Of a DNA stretch of 64,000 nt, positions 49,807-59,316 are shown piece after piece (position 1 is the first letter of the stretch; each line of letters begins with the position of its first letter). Under the pieces are notes generated by a model. That model worked only from the letters and a program-made list of their open reading frames with translations. It ran no database searches and was not told the DNA's origin. The stretch comes from Candidatus Culexmicrobium cathedralense (GTDB lineage: Archaea; Thermoproteota; Methanomethylicia; Culexarchaeales; Culexmicrobiaceae): contig JANZKC010000001.1 in the NCBI GenBank assembly GCA_025061115.1, positions 779,366-843,365 of the forward strand, written 5' to 3'. The position numbers were made by a program, and so were the translations under genes.

Positions 49807-51615
49807 ATGGAGGTTTCAGAGCGAATAGCAAGAAGATACAGGTTACTTTTCAGCTTACCACCACTTCAAACCATAATTATCAGAACTGTAATTTATAGCA
49901 CGTTATTTGGATTAGCAACTGAGCTAGTTAAGGTGGGCACAGTAAGTGAGCAGACACTTAGAACAGGTATAGCTATTAGTATCGCCTATTACTTGATTCC
50001 AGCATTAATTTCAACACCAATAACAGCAGCATTAGTTAAGCGAGAAGTTCTAACTACCAGACGGCTTGCCGGATTGGCATTGTACTGTATACTTTTCACA
50101 GCCCTCGTTCACATCACAGGAGTCACAATGTCAGCGTTACTCGATAATCCAAAATTAGATGAAGCCTCTATGATCTTAAGTTGTGGAGTCATGCTCTCGA
50201 TAAGGTATCTTGTAATTCGATCTCTGGAGGAAGATAAAGTTGGAGCACTACTGGGCGCGGTTACACAGCCATTAATGAGCGCCTTTGCAGCGCTATACTT
50301 CTTGAGAATCTCAGATGTTTATGGTCTACTACCTACGCTTGCAAGGTTAGTTTATGTTGCAGGCTCACTCACCATCAGCTCATGGTGCCTATTGGCAATA
50401 ATAGATTTTAAAGTAACTAAAGGCACAGGGATGAGCGGCATAGAGTTGTTTAGAGCATTTATGCAAAATTGGTTAGCAGGAAAGAAAACAGCACTAGAGC
50501 AGATATTGAGCAGAAATGCAAATGTTAAGGATGTAAAGATTACCAGCATAATTTTCTTCTCCAAGAAGGAAAAGCCCAAATACGCGATAGTCATACCATC
50601 CTTCCATTTCGGACCATTCAGAAATATAGGAAGTAGTCAGCTACCATCAAAAATAATGGAAACACTACATAACGAAGGCATAAATGCAGTAGTATTGCAC
50701 GGAGCTTCAAGCCATGAAGAGGACTTAACAAGCGAAGAGGATTGCCATAAAGTCCTTGATACAATAAGGAAAATGATGAAGAAAGTTAAACCCAAAGCTC
50801 TAAGCGCATCGCCAGTTATGAAAGCAGTACATGGAAAAGCAACAGCATATTGCCAATGCTATGAGGATACAGCATTAATAATCATCACACGAGCCCCCAG
50901 GCTAACTGAAGACCCGCCAAAGTGGGTTGAAGAAAAAATAGTTCATGAAGCCCGAAAGTTAGGACTAAAGGAAGCAATAGTAATTGATGCGCATAACAGC
51001 ATAAGCGACATCGAAATATTGAACAGAAATGATTACGAAGAACTGGTAGAGGCAGCAAAGAAAGCATTGCTAAAAGCAATAAAATCAGAACAGCACCCCT
51101 TGAAGATCGGGACAGCACGCAGAAGAATAGTAGAGTATACCGAAAAACAAGGGATAGGGAGGGGAGGAGTACTAGCAACAGTTATTGAAACTGGTGGAAG
51201 GCGATTTACGACAATAGTTTTTGACGGCAACAATATGATACCAGAATTTAGAGAAAAAGTTCTGCAAGCACTTAAGTCTACAGGTCTCGAAGAAATAGAA
51301 GTCCTAACCACAGATACGCATAGCGTAAGTGGATTAACAACAATCGCTAGAGGATATCACCCCGTAGGAGAAGCAGTAAACCAAAACAAGCTTATAGAGT
51401 ACACAATTGAAGTAGCGATAGAAGCGCTGAAAAACCTGACAGAAGTCACATACACTATAGAATCAGTAACCGTCAAAGAAGTGAAAATCCTAGGCGAAAA
51501 ACTTCTACAAAAAATCTCCCAGGCAATTGAAATATCATTAAGAACAGCTAAAAAAGTAGCAATTATCGCATATCTGATATCGATTGTGACCTCAGTCCTA
51601 ATACTTTTAACTTAA
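49807..51615 (+). CDS. DUF2070-family membrane protein
   Basis: TM N-terminus, H.GPF...GSS.LP, IDAHN, DGNN, TTDTH. Confidence 0.85.
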   Translation: MEVSERIARRYRLLFSLPPLQTIIIRTVIYSTLFGLATELVKVGTVSEQTLRTGIAISIAYYLIPALISTPITAALVKREVLTTRRLAGLALYCILFTALVHITGVTMSALLDNPKLDEASMILSCGVMLSIRYLVIRSLEEDKVGALLGAVTQPLMSAFAALYFLRISDVYGLLPTLARLVYVAGSLTISSWCLLAIIDFKVTKGTGMSGIELFRAFMQNWLAGKKTALEQILSRNANVKDVKITSIIFFSKKEKPKYAIVIPSFHFGPFRNIGSSQLPSKIMETLHNEGINAVVLHGASSHEEDLTSEEDCHKVLDTIRKMMKKVKPKALSASPVMKAVHGKATAYCQCYEDTALIIITRAPRLTEDPPKWVEEKIVHEARKLGLKEAIVIDAHNSISDIEILNRNDYEELVEAAKKALLKAIKSEQHPLKIGTARRRIVEYTEKQGIGRGGVLATVIETGGRRFTTIVFDGNNMIPEFREKVLQALKSTGLEEIEVLTTDTHSVSGLTTIARGYHPVGEAVNQNKLIEYTIEVAIEALKNLTEVTYTIESVTVKEVKILGEKLLQKISQAIEISLRTAKKVAIIAYLISIVTSVLILLT

Positions 51616-52206
51616 ATAAATATTTAAACAAATCAACAAACAAAAATAACATAATGATAACTAATTTGTTGATATTTTAACTGATATAAGAAATATTAGA
51701 AAACAAACCCCTTCTGATCCACTCTCCATCAGCTCATGGTCTGAAAGCAAACTCGATTCCAGCAAATCAGTTCGAAGTATTGGGGGATAGCACACATAAA
51801 CTCTAAAGAAAATTTGTAAGCCTTAACGCGCGGGGCCCTATCCCAATATGGGCTGGAATTGCTAGTAAAAGGTGTTGCCGTCAGAATAGGGGTACTCAAA
51901 ATATTGCAGATTTCAGTTTGGTGAAGGTTGGCTACAGACATGCTGAATGCTAAACGTAACAAATTAGAGTGCAATTGGAATAACTGAGTGCATTAAAGTT
52001 CTCATTCAGAGCGAATCACCATCAAATGATGATCCCCAAATTGGTGCAGTATTTGGGCCCTATTTATTTAATTAGGCTTAGTGAAGTCACATTCGGGCCG
52101 CCGCTTAGAATGGATATCATAAAATTATTGGAAAAACCATTAAATTAAGGCATCTTTTAACCCTCTTTGCAGAGTCATTGACCATTAATTGATGATGGTT
52201 AAAAGC

Positions 52207-52243
52207 GTGATAATGTGACTATTGTGATGTGATTTGTGTCACG
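52207..52243. promoter_or_regulatory. Cluster of GTGA repeats including imperfect palindrome TGTGATTTGTGTCACG
   Basis: GTGA at 52207, 52215, 52224, 52229; palindrome 52228-52243 nearly identical to 54673-54688. Confidence 0.55.
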
Positions 52244-52253
52244 TATCATTGAG

Positions 52254-54587
52254 TTAATTAAGGTATTTTAGAGAAGCTGCGAATGCTTGGCCTAGGGAGA
52301 TTCCTCCATCTCCTGGAGGGACTAAACGATGTCTTAGTAATTTGAGGCCGTGCTTGCATACTTCACTTTGAATAGTATGTACTAATAGGTCGTTAACTGC
52401 GGCCCCACCAGATATACCTATGAAGTTGGTGTTTACGTGTTCGGCTACTTGTAAAGCGGCTTTTGCAAGGGCTTTTGCTAAGGATCTATGTATTTGTTTG
52501 GCAATTAGGTTTGGGGGGGTATTCGAGTTAGATTCTATTTGGTCTATTACTTGTCTTAGGAGATCATTGACATCTATAATGGTAATGTTGTCGATTATTA
52601 GTGGAACATCAAAGTGGATAGAGTCTGATTCTGGGGCACTCAGTGCAAAAGATTCAAATTTCATTGCTGGTTCGCCTTCATATGTTCGCTCATAACACAC
52701 GCCAAATAATGCGGAAAAGGCATCAAGAACTCGACCTAAACTAGAGGTCTTATGAACATTAAGGCCTCTGGATAGCTGTTTGAGAACAGCTTCTATTTCT
52801 ACTGGTCCGTACTTGAAGCCGGCCGAACAATGTGACATAAGAAAGTCACGGACATCGTCTAGGGAAAAGATGTTTGAAAGCATACCGGCAAGCATTCGGG
52901 CCGGGTATCTTGCTGATGCATCGCCCCCAGGCATTGGCTGGTATTTTAGGTGTCCAAGCCTTTCAAATTCACCATCTTTATAAAGAATTATTTCGCCACC
53001 CCAAGCAGCGCCATCTAGTCCATAACCATAGCCGTCTATTATAATGCCTACAACAGGCTCATTTATTGGCACATTCGACTCAGCCATTAGAGAAGATAAA
53101 TGAGCATAATGATGCTGCACCTGAATCAATTCTGCATTAAACTCTTCGGCAAGGATATGCGCTAGCCTTGTCGTTGAAAAGTTTGGATGGAGATCGCATG
53201 CAATGACATCAACACGCCGAGTTCTAGTAACCTTCATAAGGAATGATAAAGCATTTCTTAAAAAGTTCAACGAGTCATAGTTATCTACATCACCGATATG
53301 CTGCGTTAAGAAGCATTTACCCTTCCTGAGCAGAGCACCAGTAACTTGAAGTTCTGCTCCTAGAGAGAGAATAGTTACTTTTGATGTTAATGTATTCAAA
53401 TGAATGGGAGTAGGAGCGTAACCACGTGACCTTCGAATAAAGGTAGGGAGATTCGAAGTCACACGCAACACTGAATCGTCACATCTATTCACAATTCTAC
53501 GGTTGTGAACTAAAAAGTAATCCACTATATGGCTTAGGCGTTTGAAAGCATCAACGTTATCTATTACCATAGGCTCCCCAGGAATATTGCCGCTCGTCAT
53601 GATAACTGCAGGTTCACGCGAGTAACGTAAAAGTAAAAGATGAATGCCTGTGTATGGCAACATAACGCCAACATTATGTAATCCTGGTGAAACCCACTTA
53701 GAGAGATAATAACGGGGGGATTTACGTAGCAAGAGGATGGGTCTTTGATATGATTTCAATAGCTGTTCTTCCACTTCACTTACAACTGCATAAGTACGAA
53801 TAGTAGAGACATCAGGAGACATAACTGCAAAGGGGCGAGACTTACGTTTTCTCCTCTTACGTAATTCTAAAACTACATCATCATCGACAGCTGCTGCAGC
53901 TATATGAAAACCGCCAATTCCCTTTACGGCTATTATAAATCCCTCATGAAGAAGTTTTGCTGCAGTGTATATGGGCTTTTGATCATCTATCAAATCACCC
54001 TTATTATCATAAAGAAACATTCGAGGCCCGCATTTCGGGCAGCAAATGCCCTCAGCATGATAGCGACGATCTAATGGATCTTCATACTCTTTCAGACAGT
54101 CTCTACATAAAGGGAAGTCAACCATAGATGTGCGCTCACGATCATATGGTAAATCACATATCACAGTGAATCTCGGGCCGCAAACTGCGCAGCATGTAAA
54201 GGGATAATCATACCATCGCCGGCCCGGTGTTAAAATATCAGCAATGCAATCATCGCAAATGCCAACATCTGGAGGTACCGTTGATAAAACTTTAGAAGCG
54301 CGGGGAGAGCTAACTTCAATTTTGAACTCCTTAAATTCACCTGTATACTTCCCCCAAGTAATTTTTAATGAATCAATTCTAGCAGTTGGAGGCTTCTTAT
54401 TCTTTAACTCTTCAACAAAATTATAAATTGTAGACTCCTCACCTTCCAATACAATTTCAACGCCAGCATCTCCCAAATTTAGAACGTAACCTTTTAAATT
54501 ATGAGATAAAGCTAACCTGTAAACAAATGGCCTGAAACCTACACCTTGTACAATGCCACTGACATGTATGATTGCTCGACGTAGCAT
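52254..54587 (-). CDS. hypF: [NiFe]-hydrogenase maturation carbamoyltransferase
   Basis: G.VQGVGFRPF, two Zn fingers, KGIGGFH, DLHP, QHH.AH, PGDGG.SLGQ. Confidence 0.96.
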   Translation of the reverse strand: MLRRAIIHVSGIVQGVGFRPFVYRLALSHNLKGYVLNLGDAGVEIVLEGEESTIYNFVEELKNKKPPTARIDSLKITWGKYTGEFKEFKIEVSSPRASKVLSTVPPDVGICDDCIADILTPGRRWYDYPFTCCAVCGPRFTVICDLPYDRERTSMVDFPLCRDCLKEYEDPLDRRYHAEGICCPKCGPRMFLYDNKGDLIDDQKPIYTAAKLLHEGFIIAVKGIGGFHIAAAAVDDDVVLELRKRRKRKSRPFAVMSPDVSTIRTYAVVSEVEEQLLKSYQRPILLLRKSPRYYLSKWVSPGLHNVGVMLPYTGIHLLLLRYSREPAVIMTSGNIPGEPMVIDNVDAFKRLSHIVDYFLVHNRRIVNRCDDSVLRVTSNLPTFIRRSRGYAPTPIHLNTLTSKVTILSLGAELQVTGALLRKGKCFLTQHIGDVDNYDSLNFLRNALSFLMKVTRTRRVDVIACDLHPNFSTTRLAHILAEEFNAELIQVQHHYAHLSSLMAESNVPINEPVVGIIIDGYGYGLDGAAWGGEIILYKDGEFERLGHLKYQPMPGGDASARYPARMLAGMLSNIFSLDDVRDFLMSHCSAGFKYGPVEIEAVLKQLSRGLNVHKTSSLGRVLDAFSALFGVCYERTYEGEPAMKFESFALSAPESDSIHFDVPLIIDNITIIDVNDLLRQVIDQIESNSNTPPNLIAKQIHRSLAKALAKAALQVAEHVNTNFIGISGGAAVNDLLVHTIQSEVCKHGLKLLRHRLVPPGDGGISLGQAFAASLKYLN

Positions 54588-54661
54588 GATGTATGAACCT
54601 CTAAGCTAAAGTGATTGACCAACAAATCATTTAAGCATTATGATAATTTAACTTCAAGAAG

Positions 54662-54696
54662 ATGTGATATAAAGTGATTTATGTCACATATGTGAA
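54662..54696. promoter_or_regulatory. Operator-like cluster AGTGATTTATGTCACA between divergent hypF and wHTH genes
   Basis: TATGTCACATA (54680-54690) is the exact reverse complement of TATGTGACATA (56128-56138). Confidence 0.55.
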
Positions 54697-54862
54697 TAAA
54701 GCAAATGTTACAAAAACAAATATTAGGTGCAACAGACATGATCAACAAAGTATAATAAAATAAAGAAGAATTATTACAAACAACTTTCTTGAAAAACCAT
54801 GAAAAGACCATGAATTTTCCTTGATGTGACGATACAGCTCTCAGTCTGCAAAAGAGCTTTAA

Positions 54863-55627
54863 GTGAGAAGTTACATAATTATGCAACGAAACAACAAGGG
54901 AAATGAGACTATGACAGCAAAAGGACAAGATGACTTATATCAACTTATTCAAGAACTTAAAAGAGATCTCATAGAGTATTTTGACCTCATAATACGAAGG
55001 TTAGCAAGACTTAGAATGTTGGAGGAACGCTTAGACATACTTGAAGAATACATTACTGATATCAAAGGACGATTTAGAAAAATAGAATATATTCTTGCAG
55101 ATATTCTTGAAAAAGAAAGAAAAGTAACACCACCCATATATGCTCCAACAATTGAAAGACCAAGAAGAAGAGTAGCTGGGATAAGAGAGGAAAGATCTGT
55201 AGCTGTAATAAGACCATTAGAAGAAGCGCCTAGAGAGGTTGTAGCTAAGCCGGTTACTAAACATGTAAGGACGGATATTTCTGCTGAAAAAGCTCCAACA
55301 GTTACGCAACCAAAAATGGAAGAAAAACCAAAAATCACAATCACAAAAGAAATCACAGAAGATGATTTGGCCATCAAATATTCAAAGTTAACTCAGACTG
55401 AAAAACAAATATTGAAAGTTTTAATTCGAAATCCAAATCTTAGAGGAGGAACAAGCATAGCAAGAAGGATAGGTAAAGCAAGAGAACATACTTGTCGTTT
55501 ACTAAAGAAGTTAACCCAGAAAGGATTTTTAATTAGAGATGAATCTGTTTGGCCATATGCGTACTTTGTGCCGGAAAAAGTTAAGCAAATGGTAATGCTT
55601 GAAGAACAGTTAAACGTCACATCATAG
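54863..55627 (+). CDS. Coiled-coil + linker + C-terminal winged-HTH protein
   Basis: N-terminal heptads, P/E/K-rich linker, LTQTEKQIL..L...IARRIGKAREHTCRLLKKL..KG...RD...PY.Y; start probably ATG 54910. Confidence 0.8.
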   Translation: MRSYIIMQRNNKGNETMTAKGQDDLYQLIQELKRDLIEYFDLIIRRLARLRMLEERLDILEEYITDIKGRFRKIEYILADILEKERKVTPPIYAPTIERPRRRVAGIREERSVAVIRPLEEAPREVVAKPVTKHVRTDISAEKAPTVTQPKMEEKPKITITKEITEDDLAIKYSKLTQTEKQILKVLIRNPNLRGGTSIARRIGKAREHTCRLLKKLTQKGFLIRDESVWPYAYFVPEKVKQMVMLEEQLNVTS

Positions 55628-55653
55628 AGTGTAGATTTTGTTAATATTGAGGA

Positions 55654-56100
55654 TTATTTAACCTTGGAGACAAGCTCTTTGGAGAATCGATAACGCCATC
55701 GAGCTCTAGAACCTTGTCTATCTAATAACCCGGAGTAGTGAAGACGTGCAAGATATGTTGTAATGATATTTACAGGTATAACCTCACCATATTCTTCAAA
55801 GAAGGCCATAGCAACTTGTTTACTAGTAAACCAAGTCTTATTGAACCGTTTATTTAATAGCAGAATCAATTTTTCCTTGAGAGCTTTACTACGCCGCCTT
55901 TTTTCCGTCATCACTCGTTCAGTCACAATAGGTGTGACAGTGTGACTTAAATTGTCATAACCACTTGAAAATAACTCCACAAGATCAAGTAGTTGCTTAA
56001 TTTTTTCTGGCCCAAAATAACCTTCAAGTGTGATTGAAATTTTTTCTCCTGACGGTGATGTGTACTCTATTCGCCATTTACCTTTATTCATTAAATACAC
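55654..56100 (-). CDS. Small winged-HTH protein with N-terminal beta domain
   Basis: WFTS......F.E.YGE.I....ITTYLARL...G.L.R.G..ARW.Y. Confidence 0.8.
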   Translation of the reverse strand: MYLMNKGKWRIEYTSPSGEKISITLEGYFGPEKIKQLLDLVELFSSGYDNLSHTVTPIVTERVMTEKRRRSKALKEKLILLLNKRFNKTWFTSKQVAMAFFEEYGEVIPVNIITTYLARLHYSGLLDRQGSRARWRYRFSKELVSKVK

Positions 56101-56304
56101 TCTCCGGAGAGAGCGTCTTAAAACTATTATGTGACATATATAATAAGTTTTCGCTTTTATGGAGTAGACAACAGATATAAATCTAAAAAAAGCGTTTTAA
56201 GAGCTTTTTTCTTTGAAAAAAGAGTTGTCTGCAAAAATCAAGTGTAAAGAGCTTTAGATAATTCTAAACTATGTTGTAAAAGGCTTTTTCAAGCTTTTCC
56301 ACAT

Positions 56305-57103
56305 GTTCCAGTGGAAATAGAGGGGTGTTATTTGTAGACAACATTTTTTATCCTCTGTAGGATAAAGATATTAACCCTAAGTCCATATAAATCCAATAAC
56401 AGGTAATGGTGAATTTAATGAAATTCATGAGTCAACCGCATAGTGAACTATTTAAATTAAGTTTTAAGCTCTCTGAATAAAACTATCCCGGTTATAAAAG
56501 GCAAAAATGTGCAAACATGATGATCTCAAATATCTTTAATCTGATGGTAAGCCTGCATATTTGATGATCTCATGATCGAAATATTTATATATCAGAATTG
56601 ATGCATCTGTGAAGGTTACGGTTTTAGTACACTGGTCAGTTTACTATATTTCCACATGAGAAACCATCAGAACAATGAAATTGAACCCGTTAGGCACCAT
56701 CAAACACTCATTCCAGACAGCCCCCGACAGTAGTTCCTACATAAATTTCACATGAAAATGATAGTGCCTATAGGCACCATAAAAGGGAAGCAGCACCAAA
56801 AAACTCAAACTTCAGCTACATACAGATTTCATCCAGATCAAGCCCCGGTTTAAATTCAGAATATGAACAGTTAAGGGGTGATCATTTCCCAGCGACCCCT
56901 GTATTTCCTCTGAATCAAGTAAAAAATTGGTGACTTAAATAAGATATTATGAGTTATCTAGAAATTTTGAGAAGAATATCTTGTAATATAGATAATAATT
57001 CTTAAATATAAAATAATTAACATACCAACGGAGTATTTTTCATTTTCATGAAAACAAATAAAGGAAAGCCTTTCGGAGTATTTTCCACTAGAAGTGGAGG
57101 GGT
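56305..57103. other. Candidate chromosomal replication origin (oriC) with three ORB elements
   Basis: ORB1 TTCCAGTGGAAATAGAGGGGT (56306-56326,+), ORB2 ATTCAGAGGAAATACAGGGGT (56895-56915,-), ORB3 TTCCACTAGAAGTGGAGGGGT (57083-57103,+); AT-rich DUE-like 56916-57060; about 1 kb non-coding. Confidence 0.8.
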
Positions 57104-57110
57104 CTGTGGG

Positions 57111-57416
57111 GTGGCATATATTGATGTTGATCGAGCATTAGCATTATCATCATTTGTTCCTTTAAGGGAGCGTTATAGATTTTTAGATATAGTCTTGGAT
57201 GCCTGTGGTGGTAATATTTCCAGGGCTGCAAGGGAAATCGGAATTTCGCGTTCGCAAATTTACAGATATTTGGGTAGAGCTGAGAGACGTGATATTCCTT
57301 CTGATGAAGTTCTAGCTAAGATCATCATTGCTGCTTATCGTTTGCGGCCTGTAAAGACTAGGGATGTTTTTCGTTTTCTTTTAAGTCAGTTTTCCGCTTT
57401 GGTTTCTAGGCTGTAA
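57111..57416 (+). CDS. Small HTH protein (Fis/Xre-like)
   Basis: GGNISRAAREIGISRSQIYRYL; GTG 57111 after a GGGG tract preferred over ATG 57048, which would overlap ORB3. Confidence 0.75.
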   Translation: MAYIDVDRALALSSFVPLRERYRFLDIVLDACGGNISRAAREIGISRSQIYRYLGRAERRDIPSDEVLAKIIIAAYRLRPVKTRDVFRFLLSQFSALVSRL

Positions 57417-57450
57417 CTATTTCGTTAATTTTAATTGACTTCTTTCACTA

Positions 57451-58248
57451 TTGTTTGAGGGTGTTGTCTTGTTTTTCGTCGATGTGCATTGTCATCTCGA
57501 GGACGAAGCTTTTGACAAAGATAGAAATGAAGTTATTAGGCGAGCTTATGAAGCCGGTGTTGTCGCAATTATAAATTCTAGTTTAGATTTTGAAGGAGCT
57601 ATAAAATCCCTTAGGCTTTCCTTACAATATCCCGGTTTTATTTTTACAACTCTAGGGTGGGATCCTACAGATCTTGATCGTGATTTGGTGAATAAACTTC
57701 ATAGTTTGGCAAGAGAGCAAAAGTATAAAATTGTAGGTATAGGTGAGGTTGGGCTAGACTACTATTACGTTAGAGATCATGCTCTCAGGGAACTTCAACA
57801 GGACTTATTTAGAGAATGGATTGCATTAGCTAAGGAACTTGATCTTCCATTGGTAATTCACTCTAGGAGTGCAGGTAAATATGCGTTGCAAATACTGTTT
57901 GAAGAGGGTGCTGAAAAGGTATTGATGCATGCTTACGATGGCCGGCCCAGCTGGGCATTAAAAGCTGCTCAGGCCGGCTATTATTTCTCAATTCCAACTT
58001 CCGTGTGGAGATCGCGTCAAAAACAAAAGCTTGTAAGAGCTCTTCCTCTAGAGCAACTTATGCTAGAAACAGACTCGCCTGTTCTTTCGCCAATTCTGGG
58101 CCGGCGAAATGAACCTGCCAATATACTTTATGCTGCAAGAAAAGTTGCAGAAATTAAAGGTGTTAGTGTAGAGAAAGTTGCTGAAATTACAACTCAGAAT
58201 GCTATTAACTTTTTCTCATTGAAATTGGGATTGCCTATTTTCAAGTAA
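57451..58248 (+). CDS. tatD: TatD-family deoxyribonuclease
   Basis: DVHCH, GEVGLD, IHSR, ETDSP, RNEP. Confidence 0.92.
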   Translation: MFEGVVLFFVDVHCHLEDEAFDKDRNEVIRRAYEAGVVAIINSSLDFEGAIKSLRLSLQYPGFIFTTLGWDPTDLDRDLVNKLHSLAREQKYKIVGIGEVGLDYYYVRDHALRELQQDLFREWIALAKELDLPLVIHSRSAGKYALQILFEEGAEKVLMHAYDGRPSWALKAAQAGYYFSIPTSVWRSRQKQKLVRALPLEQLMLETDSPVLSPILGRRNEPANILYAARKVAEIKGVSVEKVAEITTQNAINFFSLKLGLPIFK

Positions 58249-58257
58249 AAAATGTTA

Positions 58258-58414
58258 AGGCCGGCCCAGTAAATTAATGCTTGGCCTTGGAAGCCTTCCA
58301 TCTTTGAGTATTCTTATGGGTCAGAACAGTAAAGACAGGATCAGGCAGATCAATAACTAAGAATGTTGTTCAAGTTAACGAAAATACGGATACTAGATCA
58401 TTACGGGCCGGCCT
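58258..58414 (-). ncRNA. Unclassified ncRNA candidate with GC-clamped terminal stem
   Basis: 10-bp perfect inverted ends AGGCCGGCCC/GGGCCGGCCT; TTAAATAT about 25 nt upstream and T6 downstream on the minus strand. Confidence 0.45.
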
Positions 58415-58536
58415 CAAAACCACTACCCAGAATATTTAATAGTAATATTTAATGTCGAGCTGTATCTCAACAAAATAAACTCTTAAATCCCCGCTATGCC
58501 TATCTAATATGGTTATGACTTTGAGGTGTATATTGG

Positions 58537-58956
58537 ATGCAAATTAAAATCTCAGTATTAGGTGTTTCCGCTGAACGGTTATGGCCTATTGACAAACCCT
58601 ATCCCACACAACTTCGCATTAGTACTAGCCTGAATATTATCAATTTTAAAACTGTAGAGGAATCGTCAGCTGAAGCTGAATTTATTTTTGCAGCAAACTA
58701 TTCACCCCCAGTTGCGCAATTAAGGATAAAGGGTATAGTCAAGATTCTCGGCTCTCAGGATGAGCTCTCATCTTTAATTGAACAACATAAAGTGAAGAAG
58801 CACTTACCGCCAATTTTTGTACAATCCCTGCTCAATGCTGTTTTAACTGAAGCTGTTCTCCTGTCAAAAATAATTAATGCTCCTCCTCCAATTCCATTTC
58901 CAAGTTTGCCAACAACTAAAAAGGGTGATCGTGGGCCGCCTACTTACGTTGCTTAG
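58537..58956 (+). CDS. Hypothetical protein (beta-sheet + helix, possibly SecB-like)
   Basis: F.F..NY.P..A...IKG, Pro-rich C-terminus; GAGGTG RBS. Confidence 0.7.
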   Translation: MQIKISVLGVSAERLWPIDKPYPTQLRISTSLNIINFKTVEESSAEAEFIFAANYSPPVAQLRIKGIVKILGSQDELSSLIEQHKVKKHLPPIFVQSLLNAVLTEAVLLSKIINAPPPIPFPSLPTTKKGDRGPPTYVA

Positions 58957-59263
58957 TCTTTATTGAAATTATTTGAGCTAGATTTAGTGATGATGCGATC
59001 CATGGTATAAGCATTAAAAGTACCCACAATGACAGTGTTCTTGTAATTTTCAGACTGAGGAAGATGAAGGTTACTAATAATATTGTTTCAAGTGGAATCC
59101 ATAGTATTAAGGCTTTTAGCCCAATTTTCTTCATCAATCTTTTTAAGATTGGATTTTGCTCTTCGCCTTCAGCTATTTTAGCCAGGATATATGTCGTAAG
59201 TGAATCTAATACTGCCCCCAATGCAACTATAATTATGATACTCTGAAACTCCAATTCTGCCAC
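58940..59263 (-). CDS. Small membrane protein (DUF5658-like)
   Basis: LD..TTY......EE.NP plus three TM helices. Confidence 0.65.
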   Translation of the reverse strand: MAELEFQSIIIIVALGAVLDSLTTYILAKIAEGEEQNPILKRLMKKIGLKALILWIPLETILLVTFIFLSLKITRTLSLWVLLMLIPWIASSLNLAQIISIKTKQRK

Positions 59264-59316
59264 CCGTTCTCGTAAATGTTATTACTTTTTTATTTGTTAT
59301 TTTTACCGGACCTGTT

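Noticed and set aside
51729-51974. 81-aa minus-strand ORF
   Set aside because: No motif or RBS and atypical composition; region treated as non-coding
52228-54688. Bacterial CRP/FNR sites (TGTGA-N6-TCACA resemblance)
   Set aside because: Archaeal context with no CRP-family gene in view; half-sites occur in tandem arrays, so local wHTH proteins are likelier binders
56101-57047. CRISPR array or IS element in the long intergenic region
   Set aside because: No regularly spaced 24-40 bp repeats, transposase or TIR/TSD; no CRISPR array or cas gene seen anywhere in the window
58920-58956. DRGPP near the C-terminus of the 58537 protein, echoing the micro-ORF
   Set aside because: Short, followed by more residues, no nucleotide-level repeat; likely coincidence
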